Shown: positions 1 through 11,306 of the stretch, in pieces | Position numbering within the stretch: the first letter of the stretch is position 1 | Layout of the letters: the number at the start of each line of letters is the position of its first letter | Assembly: GCA_965655095.1 (NCBI GenBank) | Contig: OZ296652.1 | Location: 71,362,001 to 71,426,000, forward strand | Direction of reading: 5' to 3' | Source of the DNA: Haplodiscus bocki | Taxonomy: Eukaryota | Length of the DNA: 64,000 bases | The notes under the pieces: generated by a model | What the model was told of the DNA's origin: nothing | Seen by the model: the letters and a program-made list of their open reading frames with translations, nothing else | Database searches by the model: none | Translations under genes and position numbers: made by a program

Positions 1-219
1 ACTCTTCCAATACTGATTGAAAGAAACAAAAACCATCAGATAACGCTCCCTAAAGGACGGATTGGATTTTCTTCTTTGGATATAGCTGATAAAAGAGAAC
101 CTAAGTATCAGATCTGGAACCCCTGTGAATTGACCAATGCCATAATGACGACAAACGACAAGTACAACGACTGCTTTTTTTTACACCCAACAATCCCCGC
201 ACAATCTCCAGATGATTGT

Positions 220-648
220 CTTCAAATAAATCACGGTACCGAAGATTCAGTATCGCAACAACCACACTCCATTGGACATTGCATCTCAGCAGATGCTAAG
301 ACGAGCAAAGTATTTGCCGACCTTTTTTCACAACGAATTGCTGGACTTCCAGATGCAAGCAGACGGACAAAATTGTTAACGGGACAAGCTTTCCCAATCT
401 GGGACCAAATTGGCAATCGATTTATCTCTAACTTCGTGACAAAAACAAAATGTTTTGAAAAACCTAACCTACCAATCTTATCCTTAACTCTAGAATCAAT
501 GAAGTCTCATGTTCGATTGCATGGAATATCAACCGATTCAATTCCTATAACCGGATGCGGACTTGATCAGATGAACTGACGAGAGGTTGTGAAACTGCTG
601 AGAGATATTTTCGCCTACTCAAATATCCGAATAGTAGTTTATACTCTA
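220..648 (+). pseudogene. TARG1/OARD1-like macrodomain within pol (upstream of RT)
   Basis: Frame 1 reads SIGHCISADAK...FVTKTK..EKP...LESMKSH...IPITGCGLDQMN*REVVKLLRDIFAYSNIRIVVYTL. This parallels TARG1 (SLAHCISED...LITKK...KP...LEAMKSH...MPRIGCGLDRLQWENV...ITVYTL). TGA at 577-579 replaces the expected Trp. Confidence 0.9.
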
Positions 649-1019
649 GAAGAAAATGGAGTACACGCTTTGTCGTCAGAAGGAGACCATGACTTCTATG
701 CGGAAGACGAAATTGAAAAGTAGATTGAAAAGTTTTAACTGAATGATAGAGATTTGGAAACGGACTTCACTAGAGACGCTAAATCCTGCCAACCGACATG
801 TGATGAACAGTTTCCCATTTTTTGGGAAAAAGATTACAACAATCATCTAATCGAACATTTTTGACAATACCAGCCAAAAGACTTTGTGCAATAAGTGAAA
901 GAATTTGATTTTCATTTCTCTGATATTACCGAGGAGGAGATGACTTATCGATATGTTAATTGATTCTAGCGTTGTCTATTCGCAACACAAATTCGATCTT
1001 GAAAAAACCTGTCAAAAGT

Positions 1020-1700
1020 TTCACGTAAAGTTGAAACTGAATGTCGAAATAAAAAGACAGAGACCAATAAAGTACCACTACATTTGAAAGATAGGTTGGA
1101 AAAACTTCTAACTCAACTTAAGGACGCAGATATTATTCGAAAAATGGGAGACGATGACGAAATGGGATCACTTTTTGTTAACCCCATCATCCTGATGCCC
1201 AACAGTGATTATCTGAAACTGGTCATAGATGCACGATTCCTAAACTCTGTTACAGACTTTACTAACTACTCGTGGCATCTAGAACCTGTACAAAAGATAA
1301 TGACCCGAGTGAACGGAAATTTTTTTTCTGTAAATGACCTATCCTCCGTATACAATCAAGTACCACTGAGTCCTGAAACCTAGAAGCTGACTAGCTTCAT
1401 CATCGGTGGTAGACAGTACACATATGCTAGAGGATTCTATGAAAAATGCGGTTTACCTATTTTCTTAGTAGACTAATGGAAATCCATTTTGAGCCGCTGA
1501 TTAAAAAGAACCAAGCAATAACCTATATAGATGACACTATAATGCAGTCGCAAAACAAAAGCGAAATATTCTTGATTATCCACGAGTATCACAACTTACT
1601 CAGGAAAGCTGGTTTAAAAGCCGCTCCCAAAAAAACCGTCTTCTTCCTCAAAAAATGAAACTTTTGGGACAAGTCATTTCAGCTGAAGGAATACAGCCAA
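1020..1700 (+). pseudogene. pol: Reverse transcriptase (pol), disrupted
   Basis: KLVIDARFLN, DLSSVYNQVPL, YIDD at 1524-1535, KLLGQVIS. Stop at 1381 and frameshifts. Confidence 0.95.
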
Positions 1701-2280
1701 TTGCAAAGCGGGTTAGGGACCTGATGAATCTTAAATCACCTCAGTCCAAACGAGGCGTCATGAAATTTCTGGGATGTCAGAGATTTTATAGTTGCTACAT
1801 CAAATATCTCCATGTGGATAGCAAACCATTCTGCGATCTCATTATCGATTCTACTTCTTTCCATTGGACTGAAGAGCAGGAAAAGATTTTTCAAATGATA
1901 AAGGATAGGATCAGTGAAGATACCTTTTTCACCATTCCATCTACTGAATATCCTTTTCATATTCACGAGGATTCAACTAACGTTGGACCGGATGCATCCT
2001 AATACAACAATTCCCAGAAAGGAAGCGGATAATTTCCTTCAATTCTTGTATTTTCGATGAAGCAGAGCAGAAAATATGTCCACTTCACAGAGAATTGTGT
2101 GGGATTGTCTCAGCGTTACAAACTTTTGAGCATTACATTATTGGATCTCGTTTTCCAGTATACTTGTTTTGTGACCAAAAACCCATCTTCAACTTATGGG
2201 GATGCAAGGGACAATTATCTCACCGCTTCTTTCGATATCAGGTTATAACAACGAAGTTCCAGAATTTGGAGAATTTTTGA
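1701..2280 (+). pseudogene. pol: RT connection and RNase H (pol), disrupted
   Basis: FHWTEEQEKIF, PFHIHEDSTNVG, RELCGIVSALQTFEHYIIG, FCDQKP: gypsy RNase H motifs. Confidence 0.9.
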
Positions 2281-3129
2281 TGAACAAGGACAACAGATAA
2301 CGTACAAAATCAACCACGAAGATACCACACCTGACACATGTAATGATTTTTAATCTATTCAATGCCAACAAGGTAAGGATCAGAAAGTAATCCGGTTGCA
2401 TAACGATGGTGAAAACTTTCCTCTTAACAGCATTAGCACTGATATTACCATGCCAACAGTACAGCCAGCTGCAGACCGTTTCCGAATGGGAAGGATTATC
2501 AACGAGTTCCGACGGTTATGCCAAACACGATTTCCAGTATCATTATCACCATCTGAAAGCTCCATCGGAACATAGAGTTCTATCAGTGTAATTGAGCCGG
2601 ACGGAACCGAGGAACCCGAACCTTCTTCGCATACCAAACTAGTAATGCAGGAGAATTGTGATATTGACGAAAGATGAAGATGACTACGTTTGTGGGATCA
2701 AAGGCAACGATCACTACCGCCTATGCAAGGCTCGAGCAGCTCACGACTCGGTACTTAGTAAACCTAATTCCTTTTCAGAGAAAAAGCCAGTATCAACTAC
2801 GGCTGCTCCTCACTTGAGAACCCAAGATTTGATTACCAAGCTGGATAACGTTGCAAAAGTTGTTGATTTTGATGTACCTACCATCCTACAAGAGCAACTC
2901 AAAGATCCAGTGGTAAGCATTGTACGCTCCTGGATTGAGGAAAGTGTCTCTCCCGACCCCAGTGCTCCAGAAATCCGACAGTTTAATGGTCTGCTCAGAT
3001 ACGGTCAAGAGTTAGATCGACTACTCAAGGAAGAATACGGACAACTCCTGTGTTTTGATGAACCCTCCGACAAATTAGACGAAAGGAACCTACGAATCAG
3101 CCTGCCTTTGTTGCTCTTTTTAGCTTGTT

Positions 3130-4739
3130 TTCGACTGGGACACTATAACGAGCTAGGTGGACACATGGGAGCTTCCAAGACCTACGCTAACGCTAAACGA
3201 TTTTATTATTGGCCAGGGATGTTCCACTGCATCTGCGCTTTAACAGCTGACTGTCTTGCACGTGAGAACAAGAAACCAAAACCTAAACATCTTAATGAGG
3301 TGCCACTGGATGAATGGCAAGGTGATACCACACCGTTTTGCGCAATATATATCGACCATACGGGACCTATCCATCCACCGGGTAACCGAAATACTCACTG
3401 ACTTTTGATAGTTGGTTCTTTTTCGCGTTTCCTAATAGTCTACCTTGTGACCAATACTGCAGTGCAAACTACGATTGTGGCGGTCGAAAGATGGATGCTT
3501 CATTTTGGAATCCGCCAGTCATTAATACACGATAGGGGAACAACTTTTCTTATCACAGACTTTATCAACTGGACTAAAGAGTTGGGAATTACCCTTCGAC
3601 CAGGTACAGCCCACTCAACTTGGACAAATGGCAAAGTAGAGACTCAGAACCAACATATTGCTTCTTATTGGAGAGTTTTTTCGAACAATGCTGGCACTAA
3701 TTGGGCTTCTCTTGCACCAAAATTTGCGTTCGCACGTAATACCAGTGTTAATTACACTACGGGTAAAACACCTTACGAAATTGTCTTCGGTACCAAACCA
3801 CAAATTGCCATGTCTGTCAAATTGGGACTCTACCGTAACAAACATATGATATGTTGTTCCGAAATCTGTACGGACCTGCCTCCTCATACTCACCACGAGA
3901 ACTCTACGAAGAATGAGCTTCTCCAGAAGTTACTCCGTCCACAACTATCTCGGATTTTGTCAAATCGAGGAAGAGATTTCAAACAAATTTACTTTTCCAC
4001 TTTTCAACGACGTCGAGAAAAAACAGCCCGTTCCCACGCATGCAGAAACAGATTTAAACTGGGACACCATTTACACGGTCAGAAATTTTTTTTGCGCAAA
4101 CCAGCGGCAAAACCTATCATAAACCAAAAACTACAACAGCGACCATTGGGTGCTTTCACTGTTATCAAACGTGTAACTAGTACTACCTGCCAAATTCAAA
4201 ACGACAAAGACCCATCCATCACAAAAACAGTACACCGTAACCATTTGGTTGAATATTATTCTAAAGAAGGATCACTTCCAGCTATGATTGAGGAACATGT
4301 ACCAGACTACCAACGAAATGATGACGATTTTTATGAACGGTTCTTGGAACAAAGAATTGGCAAATTGAACATCTTTACTGAGCCACTCGCAGAAGACACC
4401 ATTCCATTTCCAATCAGGCCATTACCTACGGCTCCGGCAGTCACCTCACGCAAACGCGATAGCGTCACCAGCAGTAACTCAGGAAATGGGTCATCTCAGG
4501 TTTTTTCGTCAACCCTACCCATTACGTCTGAACAACTACCACAACGTCCACAGGAGACGGTGACTGAACAGCCGTCAGCTTCGGCTCCAACCAGACCACT
4601 TACTCCCTTTCAACAATTTCTGCGGTACAGTCGAAAGTCCAAAGCGAGAGAACCAAGGTACGTCAAACCTCAGCCACACGATCCTATTTCTCAATCGGTT
4701 CTTCGTACCCTCACTTGCCAGCGTTATAAACTCTATTAA
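3130..4739 (+). pseudogene. pol: Integrase (HHCC, DDE, GPY/F-like), disrupted
   Basis: HYNELGGHMG...YYWPGM...DC; YIDHTGP; IHDRGTTF; TNGKVETQN; GAFTVIKRV. Stop at 3399-3401. Confidence 0.95.
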
Positions 4740-4829
4740 ACAACAATTCATTGTTGCTCAGTATTAGCCTACATTCTCTTTGTTTAGAACCTCACTACCT
4801 AAGTTTTCATTATTCATTTTTAGTACAAA

Positions 4830-5854
4830 ATGCCTAAATGTCACAAATTCTACCTTAACTGTCAGTGGACGGTTACTCACTTTTGGCCCAACCAGGCACT
4901 CGACACAGTACGTTTGGCTATATTTTGATGGAGTTATTCAACAAGCATAGTCGTGCGTGTTTCACACCTCTTCTACCACCTTTACTTAAACGGGATCTGA
5001 AGCGCAAAAGTATTCTTCAAATCAACGTTAACTCTCTTGCCATGCCAAGCCTTTACGAACTTTTGTGTTACCATTCCCTTGAACACTTAGATCCAAATAT
5101 GGACGAATTTCTTACTTTTATTCACTCTACACTATCTTCAGTTTATTCTTCTCCAGCAATTTCAACAGTTCTACCCGAAGCAACAAATGGCAAAATCACC
5201 TAACTTTGAATTTTACGATGTATTCTTCACAGAAATTGTGGAATGTGCAATCCCAAAACAAATGAATACCTCCCACGCAGAGAATTGGTAAAGACGTAAA
5301 AAGAACAAAACCAATGGGGGAGGATAACCCCGCCGGCAGGAGTTGCTTAATCCGTGCACGCACAGGAAGCCCCTGACTTCGGCCAAGGACCTCACCCGCG
5401 CCCGGAAGACAGCTTGTGGCGAACTCTCCATGGCCAGAGCAAGCTCCTCCTTTTGCTCCATCGTGAGGCCGAGCCACTCAACAAAGATTGCTCGAATTTC
5501 GAACAATAGCACCTCACCGGACTCGGACAAGACCATTGTTTCCCTGTTTTCCCCATAAAAACAAACCAAGAAGCTCAGGAATCTTGCCAACACCGGGCCC
5601 TATGCACTGGTGCTTCGTCATCACCCGGGTGATACCTCATGAAGGCTCTCCAACCATCTAACCAAAAGATGGCGGGCTCCACGAAGATTTACACGGAGCC
5701 GCCAAACGAAACTTCCACCGTGGAGTGGAAGAGCCGGAGCTCCGGGAGGGAGTCAATACCGTCCCACCCTACCACCTCGACGTCGACTTCACGGGGTTCT
5801 GCCATCTTTCAAAAAAACAGGAAGAAACAAAGGAATAACACCCAAAGCACTTAG
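4830..5854 (+). pseudogene. Possible accessory ORFs of the retroelement, unknown function
   Basis: Broken reading frames (4865-5203, 5343-5854) between pol and env; no recognisable motif. Confidence 0.35.
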
Positions 5855-6352
5855 ACAACAAAACAACAAACATTACCTCCCTGATTACCCGAATTCAATT
5901 CTTGTCTTCATTCCATCAATTTATCACTTCATTGTCAACTTCAGTTATTCCCTACCCGCAAACATTATCACTATTTTTCCCCGGAAGGCCCTGCTGTGAC
6001 AAAGCACAGCAGAACGGAAGAAAGAATGAAAGAAAGAAAGGAAGAAAAAGTATTGTTGCACGATTCCGTTTATTAGTTTTGCACAATTCCGCTTACATTT
6101 GAATCGCCTAAATTATTTGAATAAAATTATTTACCTTAAACTTATTTTCAGTAAATGTTTTAAATTAACAAATAATCACTTTATGAAAAGTCTAAAACTA
6201 GGTTTCCATTGAAACATCGTTCTCAGACATGATATTTACTCAACGGTACCAAACTACCCAGAAAAAACACAGCTCAACGCAACTGACCTACAATCCAACA
6301 ACTGGCAACGAACACTGTTAATACACAATCATTTGGGAAAATTTCTAATTAG

Positions 6353-6574
6353 ATGACAATCATATTCTTCAAACTCAACGGAGACACCTTTAATCTCAGA
6401 AAAAAAACCTACGATTAAACAACGGAGAGTTTTGATGTAGAAACAGAAGCGGTTGAAACTGGAATAAAAACAATTTTCAAGTGCCTGAAAGGATCAGAAC
6501 ACTATTCTTTTGTAGACGGTCTTTACAAAACCTTTCCACCTACAGAAATTGAAAGCCAGAAACGAAAGTTTTAA
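6353..6574 (+). pseudogene. Small accessory ORF A (~73 aa, internal TAA at 6416)
   Basis: MTIIFFKLNGD...TY...ETEAV...KCLKGSEHYSF..GLY...PP aligns without gaps to the next ORF (6592-6804). Confidence 0.6.
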
Positions 6575-6591
6575 ACGGTTATAAAAATCAA

Positions 6592-6804
6592 ATGACCACA
6601 GTTTTTCTCGAAATTAAAAACGATTCTTATCCTATTGAACACTTAACGTATAATTCAGAAACTAAACTATTTACAGTATTGACAGAAAGAGTCGGTGATT
6701 GGAAAAAAGTTAATTGTAAGTGCCCCGAAGAGTCAGAGCACTACTTTTTTAATAAAAGCCTTTATTTCAATTCGCCACCAGAAAACGTAAAGAGTATAAA
6801 CTAA
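6592..6804 (+). CDS. Small accessory ORF B (70 aa), paralogue of 6353-6574
   Basis: Intact ATG-TAA frame; shares MT..F, TY, TE.V, KC...SEHY.F, LY, PP with ORF A. Confidence 0.6.
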   Translation: MTTVFLEIKNDSYPIEHLTYNSETKLFTVLTERVGDWKKVNCKCPEESEHYFFNKSLYFNSPPENVKSIN

Positions 6805-7408
6805 ATGTTGGAGTAAAATATCCATGACGTACGAGCTCAATCTCAGGTGTATTTGGCAACATCCGACAACTGGAAACCATCTGGAGATAACGAAATTTGT
6901 TTGGGGAGAAGTTGAAAAGCCGATTATAATACAATCAAAAGCCTACGACAAGCTCAGCCAGGAACTTGGGAAATACCTATCAAACAAGACACAGAAGACC
7001 TCATCAACCTCCTGTCGTCTCTGGTAGATTTCACCAAGTTTCCTTTCTTCAATAAGTCTCACTCACTGCAAAAGCAACTGTTGAAAGAACTCATTCTTTA
7101 TTGTCAGTCACTAACTCTCAGCACTGGACAATCCAGTTCAAAACGACCTAAGACTAATTATTTGAGCTTCAACTCAGGTTAGAAAACCCCAATAGGCACA
7201 TTTTGACGATCCGGTTTCAGTTCGGCGTCGTTTTTTGACGATCGGTTCTAGTCCGACGTCCTTTATAAAAATCTCGGCGTCGTTTTACAGTAGTGGAGCA
7301 ACTACTATAAAATTTTTGCTCCCGCTTTGTCTTAGTGCCCACAAATCTGCCGGTTTGATAGTACGGCTTTCCTATTTACGGTTTATTTTTCTTAGCTACC
7401 CTCTACAG

Positions 7409-9564
7409 ATGGGACTTCCGCTACGAAAACTAGCGATGAAGCTTTTATTCTTTCAAATCTTCGCGCTTGCTGTCGATGTGGTTTTCAAATTACCTCCAGA
7501 TGAAGACCACGTTGCCCCAGCGCTAAAAGTAGCTCATTTTGATTGCAGTGAGATGACTGCAATTACTCTTTACGCCATAAATCAGGCATGACCATGCCAT
7601 ATTACGCATGAAGAATTGGAAATATGTACGGCTAAAGTTTTGCTCTACACCAAACATTTCAGAAGAACTTAAACGCTACAAAATACCGAGTACAACATCA
7701 ACGAGAAAAATGGCATTGCGGACACCATGATCAAAGCAGCATTGATCATACTGTTGCAGAGATTACAAGTGACATTGTTATCTCTCCAAAACAATGTCGA
7801 ACCTCAGCGATAAGAAAAGAGATTACCCTGCTCGGACCTTCGATAAACTTTGGTTTCGACACAAGGAACCCTTTTGTGAAAACTTCCAGTGACACCAGCG
7901 ATGCTACAGGAATGAATGTGACGGTAACGGTTGGATCGCTCGTGACACCCTCCTCCCTCACATGCAGACAACAACACTGAAAGTTATGTTAGAAAACGGT
8001 AAAGTTCTATCTGATACTGGTTTAGTTTTGGGATGTGAAACTACTTCGTTAGACCTCTATGCTTACATCTGGGCTATCTTGACAACTGTGCGATCTCAAT
8101 CCTTCGAACTGAGGAATCTAACATGGTAAAACAAGGAAACAAATATTATGTTATCAGTGGAGCCGATTCCAGCTCTGAATTTGTATTCGAAGTTAGAAAC
8201 AACCCTCAAAAACTTTGCGGAAAGCCGGCATCTATTCACCCTAGAAACCACGATTCCCTTTATATGGACCGGTTAAGCGAACTTTTGACATGGATACCGG
8301 AAGGAACCTGGGTCGTGATCAAAACGGAGCAAACAAGATCTTACAATACTTGGGACCAAAGGCGACTTCGGTCAATTTTATGCCCATAACCCCAAGTTAG
8401 AAGGAACGCAAAAGTCACAATTAGCAGACCCCGACAACTATCTGAATATCGATAATGGAATGCAACTTGGAACGAAAATTGACTATCTATTTTTTCACAG
8501 CTCGCAATTACTCCAAGCGACGAAAATACAGTTATTGCAAAACCAGTGTGAAGAAGATCGTACTCAAATTTTAACTAATCTTATGCTAGCTCTTGAGAAC
8601 CCACGTTTGGCCGGTTATATGCTCACTGGTAACCGATCAATGTTTCTGGAAACAGATGGAAACGTGGCATGGCTAAATCACTGCCCCAAAAGTTCAGTCG
8701 CCTCCTCACATAATGAACCAGTGTTATGATAAAATTCCGATCCTTTACAGATGAGAAATTCAATTTGTTGTCCTTATAACTTGACAAACCTATACTCATG
8801 CCACAATTCAAAACTGTTCTGATCGCATCAAGAACCTGTTTCAACTCAACATGGATCAGTGAGAGTCTTAGTACACTCTAACACCTGGTACTGTACACCA
8901 AGAGAAGCCTGCCCTATTTTGACTTCAAGGTTTTAATCCAGTTGCTTCTCACACTTTCACCGGATCACAGGATGCGGGAATGTACACCCGCAACGAGCTT
9001 AAAAAGTTTTGGGATAGCATTCTTATCAATGCCGCTTCGAGAACGGCACTTAAAAAGTTCTCACAAAATCCTATTGTCTACGCCACAGGCCAACAAGGAA
9101 CAGACAGCTCTCACTATTATACCCCACGAACCGAGTTCTTTGTGGATAAAATGATTTTAACTTTTAAAGATCAATTTTTGGACACATTTGGGCCTGTCGT
9201 TTATGTACTTGAGCATTGCGGAATTAATCTCTGAGTCTTTTTGCTCACCAGGTTTTTAATTAATGCGGTAGTTATGATCGTGCGTTGCATGGAAATAGAT
9301 AAGATAACTGGTTCCACTATAGGATTTGTTAAGATCCTTTTGAGTGCATCGTACAATATCTTCTTGACGAGTGTCTTAACTTTCATGCATAACCCAACAG
9401 CTCCGGCGATAGCTGCTGTTGAACACATGGAGGTAGGTCCATATGTCGAAAATGATATGCATGAGGTGAAGGAGGATGAGAAAAAAAGAAGAGCACCTCT
9501 ACCCTGCAATGAGCACGGTAACACTACCATTGTCACCTGTTTAAAATTTTTCTTCGTTTACTGA
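7409..9564 (+). pseudogene. env: Envelope glycoprotein, chuvirus-like/class III fusogen family, disrupted
   Basis: Signal-peptide-like KLLFFQIFALAV, AHFDC, many Cys, SPKQC, G.VAWL..CPKV...NQCYDKIPI, GMYTRNEL and a C-terminal hydrophobic segment (VFLLTRFLINAVVMIV). Splice-acceptor-like CAG directly before the ATG. Confidence 0.8.
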
Positions 9565-10253
9565 TTTTTAGTGTTTAGATTTTCAGTCAATGGAAAACGA
9601 CGATTCATTGCGTGTCTTAACCGATCTGGAATTCGACTTCCCTCTTTTGACGCCTTCAACTATGGGACAGCCAATTGAGCCAATAGTAACTTTTTCTCTC
9701 GCCTCCTTCAACCGTTATCCCGTCAAACCCTGCTTCACCAGACGCAAAATCAGACACCCTCTCAACAACTCAGAGATTATCTTCATTTTGCTCTGCTCCC
9801 ATTGTCACCACTGACCAATAACAACCTTCAACCATTTCTACTTCTGTTGGAAACGCTACATCCAAGAGTGTATCTTCCCGCAGCTCACGCTCCCAATCTA
9901 AGCGAAAGCTACGCAATTTGCTGCGACCCGGCAGCAAAAATACAATAGCCGAGATAGACATACAATTGCCCGTCAACACAAAAGGGAACACTTCGCTCGA
10001 CTGGCGAGAGCTGGAAAATGCCCTCGCTTCAACCCCCATCTGCATTTTAGGTTGAGACCGGAATACTTTTCCTGGGAGATATTGTTCTGGGATACCCAAC
10101 GACAGGAGTTTACCATTCAGAACACGCTCTTGCCCTCTCAGCGACTTGTTGTTCCGCTGCGGGCTATAACTGCTAATTCAGAGAAATAACTTAAATTCAA
10201 GTTTTACTTATCTTAAATTTGCATAAACGTTTGAATTTACTACCTTGATAAAA

Positions 10254-11222
10254 ATGAATTATTTTCTTCCTGGATCCTTTGGATTACCCGAAGAACCTAC
10301 TCCGTCTACGCAAGTGTTTCCCACACATGGGAGTCCAACGATACCATCTTAAGGGCCCATGTATTCTACTTTATTACAGTTGCGCACTCATGTTGAGACT
10401 GAAAAATTCGAAAGGACAGTCCTCAAGCAACTGCTTCAGCGTCCTCAAAAAGACTTTGCCCTTCTGCAGCCTCAACTTTAATCAGTAGATCAGCCAACCA
10501 CAAGTAAGTCCTCTTCACTTGAAACTAAAATTAAAACTTTAGAGAAACGCCTTTCTACTGAGACTTGCAGATACAATTCGCGACTAAATTCTCTAAAACA
10601 TCAGTTATCAACTATGGGCGATCAAATCTGCCAGTTCGAACACAGCAATTCCAATTTCATTTTGTGAAAGATCACTTCTATCCAACTTGTAATTGAGTCT
10701 GGCAGATTATGGTATGTGAAGCCTGGGCGGGAAAATGCTCCATCCACCCAATTTCGCAGCCCTATTTTTCGCTCTCATCCATATGGCTAAAACTTTCATT
10801 CAAATTTGGACCCATATTAATTTGCCGCTGCTATCGGAACATGGGCTTCTATCTCTTTTTCTTTGTCTGCTCGAGATTATGATGACATTCTGCCTCCGCC
10901 GGTCTCAAAGACGATCCAAATCAAAGTGCGTGACCAACTGAACCCTCTTAATGCCTGTAGCCAGACAATCGAGTCCAAAGAACTAACTCGACCAACCTCC
11001 GCGGAGTTCTCCACTGTACCGACAGTTCGATGCCCTTATTTCTTCCCTCACAAGAAACATTTCAATGAAACTGATGGATACCTCTGTAATGACACTCTAT
11101 ATTTTGAGATTTCTCTTTCTGACCCCCCAATACAACCTATCCAGTCTTCTCTCCTTTTTCCTATCCGCAGAGACCCCCAATCATTTTCAACACCTTGTCA
11201 GTGGGTTGAGTTGTCGCGTTAG
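10254..11222 (+). pseudogene. TRAF-family protein (coiled coil + MATH/TRAF-C, no RING/zinc fingers), in-frame stops
   Basis: One frame: heptad region then NFIL*KI, FRSPIFRSHPYG, GTWASISFSL, DYDDILP..VSKTIQIKVRDQ, LTRP, CPYFFPH, GYLCNDTLYFEI. Matches the TRAF-C consensus (FIWKI, SPAFYTSRYGY, GTHLSLF, DALLRWPF..KVTLMLLDQ, FQRP, GCPLF, YVRDDAIFI). Confidence 0.88.
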
Positions 11223-11306
11223 CCATAACGCTAAACAGTACCAGTGCTAAATTTAGAAATGACATAATAGAAGTAATATTAGAAACTCACCGTTTGAAGG
11301 GATAGT

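Noticed and set aside
577-10670. APOBEC-like G-to-A hypermutation (TGG to TGA at 577 and ~10665)
   Set aside because: Only a few cases and other substitution types are common; cannot be supported without a consensus.
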